From contig CM060731.1 of the NCBI GenBank assembly GCA_030704615.1, positions 56,916,001 to 56,980,000 on the forward strand: 64,000 nt of DNA, given 5' to 3'. Each line of letters opens with the position of its first letter. The stretch's first letter is position 1. Both the position numbers and the translations under genes were made by a program. The stretch comes from Takakia lepidozioides (lineage: Eukaryota; Plantae; Bryophyta). The notes below the pieces were generated by a model that worked only from the letters and a program-made list of their open reading frames with translations, made no database searches and was not told the origin of the DNA. Below, one piece after another: positions 10,893-23,054 of the stretch.

Positions 10893-13800
10893 CGAGGGCT
10901 CCAAGAAACGCTGACGCCGTAGCTGTGTAGGACTTAGCCATTTCAACTTCTTCTCTAATGCGCCCGCTTGATAGCTAAGTTAGGCCAACCACTATCAAGA
11001 ACTGCTCTTGATTATTTCTTAGACAGCCCGATATTTTAGTTATGGCTAAACAGAGTGGCAGAACCCGCAGCGACTACTCCCTGAGAGAGAAATATATATA
11101 TATAGAATCGGCGTCATTGTACTTCTAAACAACGGAGTGTATGCGAAAGGTGCAAAGGAAGGAGGCGCTGCTGATGAGCGTTTCCAGGGAAATAGCAGGA
11201 ACACACAGGGTCAAATGCAAGCGAATTTAATTGATGAAGAAAGTTGTGCACTACACGCCTTATCGCCATGGCAGGGCATGCTAAGGCCAGAAGCCAGAGC
11301 TAAATGCGGCAAACCACATGATGGCCGCAGAGCCAACAGCCAATGGCTAGGTCAACAGAAATACCACAAAGCCAAACGGAAGAACCGCAGGCTGAGGCCC
11401 TTGAGACAACAAGAATGGAAACCAGGGGCAGTATACGTGAGAATAGTGCAATGTTCTGATCGAAGGAAGCACAAGGCTCAGCTCCCATCAGATAGTGGAG
11501 TAGGCGAGAAGGTTACGAAGCTGCGTATTGTCAAGCAAAGACAGACAACAACCCAATCTGCATACGGGCGGAGCTCACGTACAAAACAAAGAAGGACGCA
11601 AGGTAGGAAGTATAAAGAAGAAAACAAGAAAGCTCTCTCGCTATTCTTTCTGCTGCTATTGACAATGTCATGCGATACTAAGCCTGGTCGGCAGCTGCAT
11701 TTAGTAAGGCCCAACAAGAGGGAGGTGACTCAGAACGAGGACAAGCACTTGCATATGGTTGGAGCAGGCTAAGTAGTTAGCAGCCCCAAGAGGAGCGTAG
11801 GTGTTGATATTCCCTGGAACGTGATGGAGAAGACGATAAGAAAGAGCATTGTGGGAAGGCCAATGAGTGTCGGAAAGCCAGGTCTTCCAATTGAGGTTGA
11901 GTGGGACAAGGTAGCCAGCACTACGGGAAATGGCGAGGCCTCGGTACACACCGACAACGAGCAAAGGCAAATCCACAGACAAAATACAGATAAGCTCGAA
12001 ACCTACATTAATGACAAGTTCTGGCATGTTGATATGAAAAGTCCCTGCAAGAACGCAGCTACACTTTTTAAGATGACACTCTCTCTTTCTACAATACAAG
12101 ACTCCCTCGTCTCAACATCGATCTACACATGCACAGCGAGGCCCTGAAACTAACACCTTATCAATCAATCAAAAGCAAGATACTCTACTCTAAAGTCCTG
12201 ACTCGAACACCATTAATTTTACTCTCATGCCCAAGTAGCAACACTCAAATTTGCTACACCTATGGACAAGATGACAGACAAGAGCGATTCAAACCACCTA
12301 ACAAGAAAACTAGGATCCATCCCTGTGGAAACCTCTGTGGAAACCTATGTTGCGGAACCAACCATACACTAGTCAGTGTACCAATTATGCATAACAAAAA
12401 CACTAATGCAAACTGGCTAATTGCAGAGAATAACCAGAAGACGCTCACAGGCTGGTATAGACCCAACATGCAATCAAAGCTATGGAAGATGAGTGCACCA
12501 CGACCAGGCTTAACATCAGGAGAAAACATGGACGAAGACATATGTCTCCTGGAAAACAAGAGATGGCTACATGCTGAGCACAAAGTAATAAATGGGAAAA
12601 CGCCAAGGAGCACACTGGCAGCACAAAATCACACAGAAAAAGAGCGCATGTCGCCTGCTGAATGCGGAATATTGAAGGGCATACTCGCAGCACTCAACTC
12701 TGCCCCAGCTAAGTTCACTACCCAGCCTGGTAGCACTAGAATGCAATTGCTCATTACCGTCGTCAACTCTAGAGGGAATGCCAACACATATCAACTGTCT
12801 ATTTTAATGGCTACTCGGATATACCAAGGTGCCTCCCAAAACTATATGGTATGGAGACCCCTATATGCTTTTGACAGTGCCAATCATTGCCTTGCAAATT
12901 ACCTCAGAGCCTTACCACCCCTTGTGTTATCACCTAACCCCGAAACTGGGCCGTCACACAATAACCATGCGTTACCAAAGGCCATACTTGGCACTTACTG
13001 CTACTATCAGGAACTTAATATGATGCCACAGTACATTCTACTGTCATCATATTGTAATCATTATGGGCTTGATAAGCCTAGATCTGAACAAAGAAATATG
13101 GAGAAGGATGAAGTTATTCGATTGTGGAAGTATATGCACTGCCCCGTTATGACTAATCTCTACCGTGCTCAAAGCTTGAAAGTGTTATTGCACTCACTGC
13201 CTTCAGCGTTACTTGAAAATCGATTGCAATGTTCTATCCATAACTTATCAAAATTCACAAGTGCCATGCTAAAAAACTCAAGGTGATATCACAACAATAC
13301 ACTGCTAAAACTCTGAAAGTCTTACTGCGTTCCTTTCTGCTAATACGAGTGAGAAATCGATTGATGTGCTACACCAACACGATATCAAAATCCAAAACTG
13401 TCACATGATGTTATGATAAAAAATGTAATGTGATGGTATCTCAGGTCTTAACTACAATAGGGCAGCTTTGTATACAAACATAGGATTTCTGAATAGGGGA
13501 AATTTTGATTCTCTAATTTTGATGAAGCAGCCCCAAGCAGGAGCAACCATCCTGCTCGTGCAACAAGCTTTTACTAAACTGGTAACTTTTTGTGCTGTGT
13601 GGAGGGGCTCTAAGTAGACACCAAGGCACTGAATATAGAGGCTTGCTCTCGGTGGACTGCCTTACAGTCATAAGCATTAAATCACTGAGAGATAATAGAA
13701 GCACACTGGTAGAACTCTTCTGGGCCCGGTGGCCGAATACAATCACCAACTATGGTAAAACACAACCAGCTGAAGCCTTAGAATGGGCTTGGATCAGGGA

Positions 13801-14757
13801 CTCTATCAGTATCATCAAAGAAGATAACCAGAGATATGCTACAAGAAAGGGCCCATGCCACAGATAACAATTATCTCTGTTGCCTTCAATGTGCACTGAT
13901 CAAGCCTATTACTAATTGTATTGTGTGTTGCAATCCAGGACCAAGTAACAGAGGCACGCCAGCTAGCGTGTAAGAAGGGGAAGATGTTTTATAAGCGACC
14001 TTTCTGATCCGAGTAAAAATAAAACAAAGAAAACAAAACACAAACACATGCATGATAATTGCTTACCGATTGGAGAAAAGCACATAGCTTGTCCCACGTT
14101 TTGGAAGGATCACCACTGTAACTTGACTTCCTTGTCTCCATCATGGCCAAGAACCCGTCGTTTACCAGCTCGCACATACCCGGAAAAATGATTCTAGATG
14201 GGTGCTCCATTGCATCGTAGGGCTCTTTAAGACCCTTCTTCTTTCGGTCAGGATTTCTGGCTGGGGGTGGGGTCTGCACTGGCCTCGGTTGCACCACGGA
14301 CTCCATCTCATTCTCATTCGGAGTGTTTATCTGCCCCTTTACCTTCCCTTTCCCCTTGTCCTTTCTAGGCTTGACTGGCGTATTCTGTGCAAGAGGCTCT
14401 TTCTCAGCCAATATCCTCAAGTTTCTCTCGTGCAACTCCTTCTCCGTCAGAGGGGCCAAGGCCTCTGCATTGTCGTTTTGATTTCAGGTCACAAGCTCAG
14501 ACCAAGGGCATCCAGACTGTGGGATATCCATATACCAGCAGCAGTCTCGAAGATGCGAGGTCCCGTAATCCTTCAAAATCCCTGTAGTGTACATTGTCTG
14601 AGCGTTGGATGGATTACACCATAGGTCAATAAAGTGCGGGTGTCGACTCAGGTTCTTGCCTGGAATGAGAACATTCTTGATGTACCTACACAATCAAAAT
14701 AGAGGGAATATTAGTGAGTGGGGAAAGTGTGAGATAATGGTTTAAGGACCCCTTGAC

Positions 14758-14917
14758 TGTGTGCGCTAGCGCACTCAATTTTTGGTCTGTCCACCCAGGC
14801 CCTACTTACAAGCCAGGGCAGGTGTGGTTCAGTACGGGATCGGATATTCGTATGTAGAATGAAAGCTTGGGAGACACAGAAGTGCCTACCCCTTTACTGA
14901 GTGCGTCAGCGCACACA
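14758..14917. promoter_or_regulatory. Two intronic copies of the TGAGTGCG-N4-CGCACTCA palindrome
   Basis: TGTGTGCG-CTAG-CGCACTCA at 14758-14777 and TGAGTGCG-TCAG-CGCACACA at 14898-14917, both inside the 14686-15012 intron. Regulatory role is inferred. Confidence 0.7.
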
Positions 14918-16850
14918 GTTTTGGGACTGTTTATTCAAAAGAGCGGGGCTGCAATGAAATCGAAACTTCGTGAGACAGGAAAGAAGGGTGGAAAAAGAGT
15001 GTAAAGACAAACCTGTATAGAACCCTCTTCATGGCCTGTTCTGATGCATGCTGCTGCTCGAAGTCATAAGTGCGCGAGATGCCTCCCTCTTTGGCGACTC
15101 CCTGAAGAAGCAAGTGCCGAAGCAAGTTACTTTCAACTGGCGGACGTAGTCTTCTAGAGTATCCGTCGGTGGAGTTATAATTATCTTGTAATCATTCAGC
15201 TGCTTCTCCAGCACCAGCTGTGCCCGAGCCTCTATCTACGCAAGAACAGTTCTACAATTCAGAGAAAAGATGTTTAAGAAGAGTAAGTGACGTTTCCCGG
15301 TGCAATGCAGATTTGCAGTGGAAATGGAAAGGGGAGAGGAAAAAAACCTGTGCCCAGTACGTGGCTTTGTGCAGCCACATATCGAGAACATGGTCACTGA
15401 ATTGCTTTATGACTCCTGTTTCTTTGTTCTTCTCACTCTTCGGAAAGCAGCGGTTATCTTTCACTATCGGGTCGGCGTTCCAATCTCAAACCATTTCACT
15501 TTCACCTCTGGCTCCACTACGGCAGTGGACAGGCGATAAAGCTTCTCCTGCATCATTTTGGGCTTGGTGTTCACGTTCCAGTGGATCCTGACCTGATTCA
15601 AGAACTCTGGGCCAAAAGCAGGGTCGGCTATTCTGAGTTGTTTCATGAACGCGCTCATTTAATGCCTCTTCGCCACCTCCATCTCTTTGTTCATAAGATT
15701 CTTCCACTCCTTTTGAGGATCGCTCCCTTGGGGTCTTTTTTGGCATAGTACTCTGCTTTCCCTTTCTCTCCAGCCTCCGCAATCTCTTGCTGAACATTCC
15801 AGTATTCAACTTATTAGTCAACTGGTTTTATGAATGAACAAGTAGACAGAGCTAGGGAAGGAATACTTACAGCGTACATGTAGTCACAGAAAGCCTCCCT
15901 GGTGAGCTTGTACCATGTGTCAGCGGATTTGGAGGTCTCGCACTTCTTGTAAGCCTCAGCACTGATAAGGTTTTTGAAGGTGACCAGTGGCATTTGGCCC
16001 ACCTTCTGTATCCTGAATAGAGTGTGGACCAAATTCGTCATCACGTGTGCACTTTCGGTTCCCCTGCAGTCCCACACAAACACTATGACTTCCTCCTTCA
16101 CCAGGAAATACAAAACAGACAGAACAAATCGGAGAATTCTGATGGCATGAAGGGTGAGCATTATACTTACTTGTTGATGTCATGCATATCCGTCAGAAGT
16201 GTTGTGACGTTTCCTTTCGGATCCAGCACCATGGACGCCACAAGGTAGTGCCAGTCCTCGTCTGTGCTGTGATATTTGTTTATGATGTTCATCCAGGCCA
16301 TGAAGCGGTGATTGCCATCCCAAATATAAAACATATTCCCGGAGAACACCTGTGTGGACAGTCTCCTCGAAATCTGGGCTTCAAACTCCTCGTTTACTTC
16401 TCGCCATATTGGATCCCAGCTTTTCACAATTGACTCGTCCACCAAGATCTCCTGTCCACTGGCATCGCACAAGGACGCGTAAAACACTGGAGACCCCTCT
16501 ATGTATCCGTGACTAAAATCCTGCTCCAACTTGGACACATAACCAGTCAGGGCAGGTCGAACGATTGGCATTGATATTAGGCGGCAGAGAGGGATCATAA
16601 TCTTGCCTCCAGGTACCTGCATAGACTTGATCACCTGCGCGGAATTGACCTTCTGGTACACGAGGACCTTTGCCGCTCTTTCTTCGTAGAAATGATCGTC
16701 TTCTTCAACAGGCTTCTCAGTCATTGCCTCCTGTTGCTGCTGCTGCTTCTCAGGCTGCAATCCTTTTCTTTTCCTCCCCTGAACCTCCCACAATTACAGC
16801 CTTTCTGTCATTCCACAGCTACATTTTCCTAATCTGGCACCTACAAGAAT

Positions 16851-18141
16851 TGAGTGTGGTGGCGCACTCACTTTTGAGAATGACAAAGGATCGGAACAGA
16901 CAAACATCAATTCTCCAAAACTACACACATAACCCTCCTTTCCTATCAACCGGAATTGAGTGCGGTGGCGCACTCATTTCTTGGACACCTTCCATGACAT
17001 CTATGAAATTATGTTCATTGCAGGCACTCCATCTCTACTCAGTCAATGGCTCCTTTGTCACTTCCTCTTCCACATTGTGTGCTTCATTCTAGAGGCAGAA
17101 ACTGAGTGCGCCACCACACTCAAAACTGTACAAATATATATTCAGTTAAAAACCGGATTCCAAATCAACTTTGACTTACATACTGTCTTCAAATATCTGC
17201 GAGTCCACTGTTAAAATTGAGTGCGCCACCACACTCAGTTTCCAGGGTGTTCTGATGTTCACCCCATAACTAAAAAAGAATGCTTTCCAATTTCCACAAT
17301 CATTTTCACTTTGTAGTTCATCGCAGACATCATCAAATCAACCATCTACAGGTGCTCAAAAAACTGAGTGCGGTGGCGCACTCATTTCTGGGAGCCCTCC
17401 ACTCTGTCCTGCTTTCTCTTGCGAGCACACCAGGGTCTTCCACGAAGATGGTCGACCTCACCTCAGAACTGAGTGCGCCACCGCACTCAGTTTTAAGGTT
17501 ATCGTTTATGTCTACCTGAAAACTCAAAAAGAGATCTCACTTTGAATGAAACACACTTTCTAAGTTTCGTTTCACCTCTCTCATAAGCAAACTGACCATT
17601 CTATTGTGATCCGAAACTGAGTGCGGTGGCGCACTCAGTTCTGGGAACCATCCATTCTGTCTGCCTACTTCTGTTTTGAGTTCATTGGGGTCTTCACGTC
17701 TGTCCAAAAACATTGTCGATCACACCTCTGAATTGTGTGCGCCAACGCACTCAGTTTCCTGGTTAGACTTAATGTGATTCTCAGAACTCATAAGAGATCT
17801 CACTATGGAATAAACGCACTTTTTATCTACCGTTCACCTCAGTCAATAGCAACTCAAAGATTGCATGGAGCTTAGAAATTGAGTGCGGTGGCGCACTCAG
17901 TTCAGGGTGACCACTCCACTGTCTCTCGGACCTAAATTGTGAACATCACCTTCCTCTTTCCCTAATGCCCAAGCAATCGCCCAACATCCAGTTGAAATGA
18001 GTGCGCCACCGCACTCAGTTTCCCCGTGTCCCTCTCAGGCTTCCGTTTTAGATCCTGCTGCCTCTAAGACTTACTTATTCACCTCGGCCTACAATGGAAG
18101 TGATAGAGCTCCCCTCAAAACTGAGTGCGGTGACGCACCCA
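16851..18141. repeat. Array of 11 palindromic 20-bp sites, TGAGTGCG-(GTGG/CCAC)-CGCACTCA
   Basis: Copies start at 16851, 16957, 17103, 17218, 17365, 17470, 17618, 17734, 17880, 17998 and 18122. Six have perfect arms and the rest have one arm mismatch. Confidence 0.95.
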
Positions 18142-18638
18142 ATTTTCAGGGGATCTCTCGTATCATGTCTATGCACTTGGTACGACAGTCAAGCGAGATT
18201 CATGCAGTTTGGGAGAAGGATTACCCTGGGTCTCATGACACCACTTCCCGATGCCTCTTCTTGCTGCGTCCTCACAGCTTCCTTTGGTGTCGCTTCTTTC
18301 TCACCGACGGTGGTGGTGTCGATGTCCATGTCATGCACAATGGTCTCCGTGGCAGTCTCCTCCCCTTCTCTTCTTCCCTCCATTTCAGGCTGGCCCGCCT
18401 CTGTGATCTGTTGTGATTCGTGGGTTGACGTATCTTGTGCAACTTGCTCATCAGTGTTTTGCAGATTGCGCAACTTTCTCATTCTGACTCGCGCGTTTTT
18501 CCTCTCTCTCGCACTCGTGAAGTAAAGGGACTGCCTTCTACATCTTCTTACTATGTCTTCTCTCTCACTCCCGCAGCTCTTTAGCTTGACTAACAACAAT
18601 AGAGAAAGTAAGGAACCCTCTAAAGCCGTCAGTTATGC

Positions 18639-21600
18639 ATGTGGTTAAGGACGTGCGTGTCTACCTTCTAACCCCCCAAATGGATCGATCTCACTGGCTG
18701 CGGTTTATTGGGCGCCCCTAATGCCATCAATAAGGCCATTTTCTTCAAATGTGGATGTTTTGTGATTTGGATGAAATATTGCGCACATGAGGCATGCCAT
18801 CGCCCTATCATACACGGATTTTGCCTTCTTCAAAACGAAAACATATATAACGTCAGGAACGCCATGTCCGCGTTCATCCGGCTTCGGATATTTCCCGGGT
18901 TTGGCACTCAATGCACTGTCCGGGTTCACGTTGTGGAACGCCGCAAAACGCAAATTGGATTGCCATATCCAAGACGGCGCCGTCTTTTCCCGGTGGTGTG
19001 ACACTGACAAAATAGACAGTTTTGTTCCCTTCTCCATCAATTTGGCAACTGCCCAACTGTTTTGGCGATGTGGTTCAATACCCTTGACCGTTATTGGTTA
19101 ATGTGTGGGGCCAGTTGTACAACTGCCTCTTGTCTTAGCAAACACTTTTGGGATTTGGCAATCGCCTCTGGAAGGTTTTTACCTGTCCATGTCGCACAGT
19201 TGTATTGGTACTCACCATCGTATGTTCACCACATGGCTTCTCCTAATGACGTGGCCTTCGCCGAGTTTCAGTATACTGAAGAACCTTGCCCTTTCACTGC
19301 CGCGGTTGAAGATGATGGTTTTGCTGTGGTGGAGGAGCACGTTCTGGCAGCAAGGTTCAAGCTTGACATTGGTTGTGTTTTTGTCGAGAAAGAGATCTAT
19401 GACTTGGAGGGAAACGTTCAAAGAACATTGTTCCAGAAACCGCACGTTGCACAGAAACACAAGGAATGGAGAGTTCTTCTTGGAAAATATCATGTGTTCC
19501 GAAGTGAAAGCAGACAATCCGGTGGCTCCATTGTGACTCCTGGGACAGCTGCCTCTGTCGTTCAAGGAAAGCGGCATGTGACTATGTAGCAGGATGACAC
19601 CACTTCAACAACTTTTGTGACACTGTCGGATTCCTCGGATGATGAATTGGCGGAAATACTGGCTCCCATGAACAGTCTTCCTGAAGGGGACGTCGATGTT
19701 CAGGAAATCGTTAGTGTCATCCCACATCTGAAAGCATTGTCAGGAAAACCAGGATCAAAAAACGAGATCGCAGGGATACTGTGGGATTCATTCGCAACAA
19801 AAAGGGTTCCTTTCCTTCCACCTTCCTTCGACGGTGACATCCTCTTTGAACTGAATCCACCAACTTGTGCTGGGGGCCTCTCAGGTCTCTTGCAAGGAAT
19901 GGATAAAAAGCATGACGGCCATCCATGGTGCAGAACCAAAACGTCCAATATCCACAACGATGTAAACTTGACATTCAGAAGGAGCGTTTGTGTGGGGCAT
20001 CTGAGATGTGTGAATGCAAGTTGCCTCCGTTTCATGAAGAGCGGTGCTAAAAATGAGAGTGAGTAGGAAGGACTCTCCGACAATCCTTTTATCCCAGGTT
20101 GTGCCCCACCGTCTGCCAGTACATTTGTTTGTAAGTTCTGCAAGGTGGCCCCCTCCTGCATTGCACATTGCCCTGCTCGCATGTACTACGTTACTCACCG
20201 TTGCAAAACCATGACTCGAGCCTACATTCATTTTGGGACTCACGACCATCCTGTCTCACGGCGATTGCAGAGATAGTGTTTTGTTGGCGCGTGGGCTTGT
20301 CGTGGAGGAGTTTGCAAAGTCCCCTTCAGCCAAACCATCTACCATAGCGCTGGCTGCCAGCAAAAGTTTCCTAGAGAGGCACATTCTGGGGCAAGGAAGC
20401 GAATCCAGCTCAAGACTTGAGGGGGCGTCTTTGGATGCAATGATGGATCACTTCTCCATGTTGAGCTCTCCCAATATTAGGAATCAGGTGAATGCATTGA
20501 GAGTGCGCGGTGGAAATATAGGGTCCATCGACAACATTATGGAGCTCAAGCGAATAAGTCAATATGACTTTATCCAATCTAGCGTCTTCCCGGGTCAGGG
20601 GTCTTCAAAGGTTTACTTGTTCAAGATGTCTACGGTGGGCGAGGGCAGTGGCATCAGCCTGGCCAGACGTATGCAACCAGGGGGGGATCTGGAGAAAGCC
20701 TGGATGATGTTCGATCATTGCAAACGAGTGAAGGGCTGGACAACCATGTCTTGCCATGTTTACGACCCAAACTACCAAAGAATAATGACAATTGCCATAT
20801 GTGACATGCAGTCTGAAGATACAGAGTCCCAGATGATAATGTGGAATTGTTTGCTTTCAGTCATGGAGTCCAATGGACATACATACATAAATTTCAACGG
20901 GTTTATGGCAGATAGTGCACATGCTAACTTCAATGTTGTGCGCCGAGTTTTTGGATCTGGTGATCCAAAGGTACCTTTGCCTAATAGGGAGCGCACATGT
21001 CTATTCCACTAGACTCAGTCCCTGCAGAAACATACGAAGAGGTGCATCAGAAGAAATCTACAGGCGGAGCACATGAGGCTCTGCTTCATGTACAATAATG
21101 CGACTATAATGGAAGAGGCTGAGACCATGTACCAGACAATGAGAGCATGGTGGTTCTCGTCAGGGGCTACTGATCAGGACGGTGTCAAAGAATTGGAAGA
21201 CTGGTTGGTCTTCTGGCACTTCAGATACAGGCAATGGGGGGCTTTCATGACTACTGTAAGCTGCCTTTCACCTCTGCAATCCCTTGTATGTGCCCAGTTT
21301 CTTTCCTTGTTCCCAGAACAGTCCGCGCTTGCATGAATGACGCTCTTTTATTTTCCTTTCATTGGACATGTCTCTTGAGGACATTGCGGACATGTCGTTC
21401 TGCAACCTGGCAGAAAGCGTTCACGTCGCCTGGAAGCAGCAATCTGGCAAAGCAGGAAGAGATCTATACATTGCTACAACAGATGATCTGGTACGAGCTC
21501 TAACCCAGCAAACAAGATATTGTGACTTCCTCAGGGGGCGATGTGGGGGCAAGGGACCAGATACATCAGAGTTGATGCTGAGGGCTGCAAGAAGGTTCGA

Positions 21601-22748
21601 GGATCCAACGAAGATGGCAAAGGCAGTGAACAGGTGCACAATGGGCTCGCTTCTCCAATCAAGGGAGCCCCATCTGGAAGGAGAGGAAAGGTTTGGGACT
21701 TGCAAACGCAAGCTAAATACACCTCCAGGATCAGATGGGGATTCACATCGCCATGACAGAGACAACTTCTCTGTACCCAAGATTTCTCTACTACAAAGCA
21801 TGGCGTCCAGTAGGAAAGAGGCTGCTGGTGCATCCTCTTCCACAGAGACCTGTCCTCTACCTGCAACCCCTGTAATTGCGGGTTTCAGCAGGATCACAGG
21901 GGGGCAGTGCAGGAGTCACCTTGTGCTGACTCCAAATGGCACATCGAGCGAACAACTCCAAGGTCTAGAGTTGGTTGCGCTGCAGTGAGGGCCATTAGTT
22001 ATGAAAAGTGTAAGTCCAGGATAGCCAAAGGCTCAACAGGTACTCCAGCTCCGACGTTCATAGGTTTGATTCGGCCATATATGTCAAAGGAGTCGAAGAC
22101 GCACAAATTCTGGTTCTGCCCGGATGATATGGCTCGCTGTGTGAATGGTACCATCCGCGACTCCTGCATTGCTAAGCCTCCCCCACCCACCATTTGGCCA
22201 GTGCGGTTGGGAACCTCCCTAACAGCACTGCAGATTGCAGGCAAAGTTGGAGGACGCCGGCTTTCGTCTGCACCAATCTGTGGCGTCGACTCTCTGGCCT
22301 TGCTGCTATGGTGCCTCCTCCAGACGATACTTCGCATCCCACGAGAAGGAATGGCAAAACAGTGCATCGGGTGGTTTCGGGGCCTGATCACGATGCGAAG
22401 GTGGAATCGGCCAGACTACTTCAAGCTCGGGTAACAGGAACTATGGAAGTACCTTCACCTGGGTATGGACGGGTTTATACTTTGGTCACATCTGGGTCTG
22501 TATTGCACGACAGGGCCTATCAGGTGACGGTGGGGAATTTTCCAGGGTGTACCTGTCCCGACTTCGTGTGCATGCGTGAGGAAGCTCTAGGAAAGAGAAG
22601 GAAATGGGTTCCCTACAAACATCTTTACTACATCTTTTTGCGCATGATGTATTGTGATTCCAAAAGAGACCAAATCATTCATCAGGCGACACTTGGTCCT
22701 GGTGAGGTACGGACACTTTTGCAGCGAGACATTAGCAATATCGAGTAG
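18639..22748 (+). pseudogene. Mutator-like DDE transposase with N-terminal GCM/WRKY-like Zn finger and C-terminal SWIM finger (inactivated)
   Basis: One reading frame runs from 18639 to ~20255 with point stops and includes DGHPW..TKTSN..C.GHLRC.N..C and CKFC..C..CPAR..HFGTHDHP. It is followed by MFD (D at 20713), FMAD (D at 20911), CLFH (CxxH at 20998), a probable intron at ~21256-21364 with a damaged acceptor, NLAES (E at 21413), and SWIM CTCPDF..YKH (~22548-22622). Confidence 0.8.
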
Positions 22749-23054
22749 TGTTGCATATGTTGCGATTTTTCGCAATGTCGGAAAGGTCTGCCTTGTTTGT
22801 AGAACATGTATACTCAGTTCTTAAATCTAGACAAGCAGACGATGTCTCATTATGAAAGGTAGTTTATTTTTTCATCGGGTTTGGTTAACGAGCCTCTAAA
22901 ATTGAGTGCGTCATCACACACCACTTCTACCCCCACCCCCAATATTACCCCGGGCAAAAAAAAAAAAAAAAAAACCTTTTTTTTGTTCGCGGGCCTGCCA
23001 AACATGGACAAGTGTCAGTATGAAAGCTCATTTTATTTTTTCACGGCCTCTACA

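Larger units (their letters stand above)
14067..18592 (-). pseudogene. Multi-exon gene for a ParB/Sulfiredoxin-fold domain protein, TE-borne, decayed and 3'-truncated
   Basis: The exon at ~16840-16171 encodes IPLCRLISMPIVRP...FYIWDGNHRFMAW (DGNHR at 16305-16319). GT-AG introns at 16170-16064, 15870-15790, 15347-15252 and 15012-14686, plus a donor at 14066; the 16170-16064 splice is frame-consistent (INK|GTES). An acidic upstream exon lies at ~18592-18225. Several stops and frameshifts are present. Confidence 0.75.

Noticed and set aside
8890-10897. Solo LTR with defined ends
   Set aside because: No matching TG...CA boundary with a 4-6 bp TSD could be identified.
11137-11772. 211-aa basic ORF
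   Set aside because: Low-complexity composition, no motif, and a non-ATG start.
12129-13286. 385-aa ORF as a real gene
   Set aside because: No recognisable domain. Part of it (HCLANYLRAL) resembles decayed LINE C-terminal sequence, so it is probably a chance open frame.
14067-14685. DNA methyltransferase motifs in the ParB-like gene (MDIPQ, RIIFPGMCELV)
   Set aside because: Only a vague resemblance; no DPPY-type or FxGxG motif is present in the retained exons.
16851-18141. CRISPR array (palindromic repeats with spacers)
   Set aside because: Spacers are 85-128 bp and alternate ones are related to each other, repeat orientation flips, no cas genes are present, and the context is a eukaryotic spliced gene.
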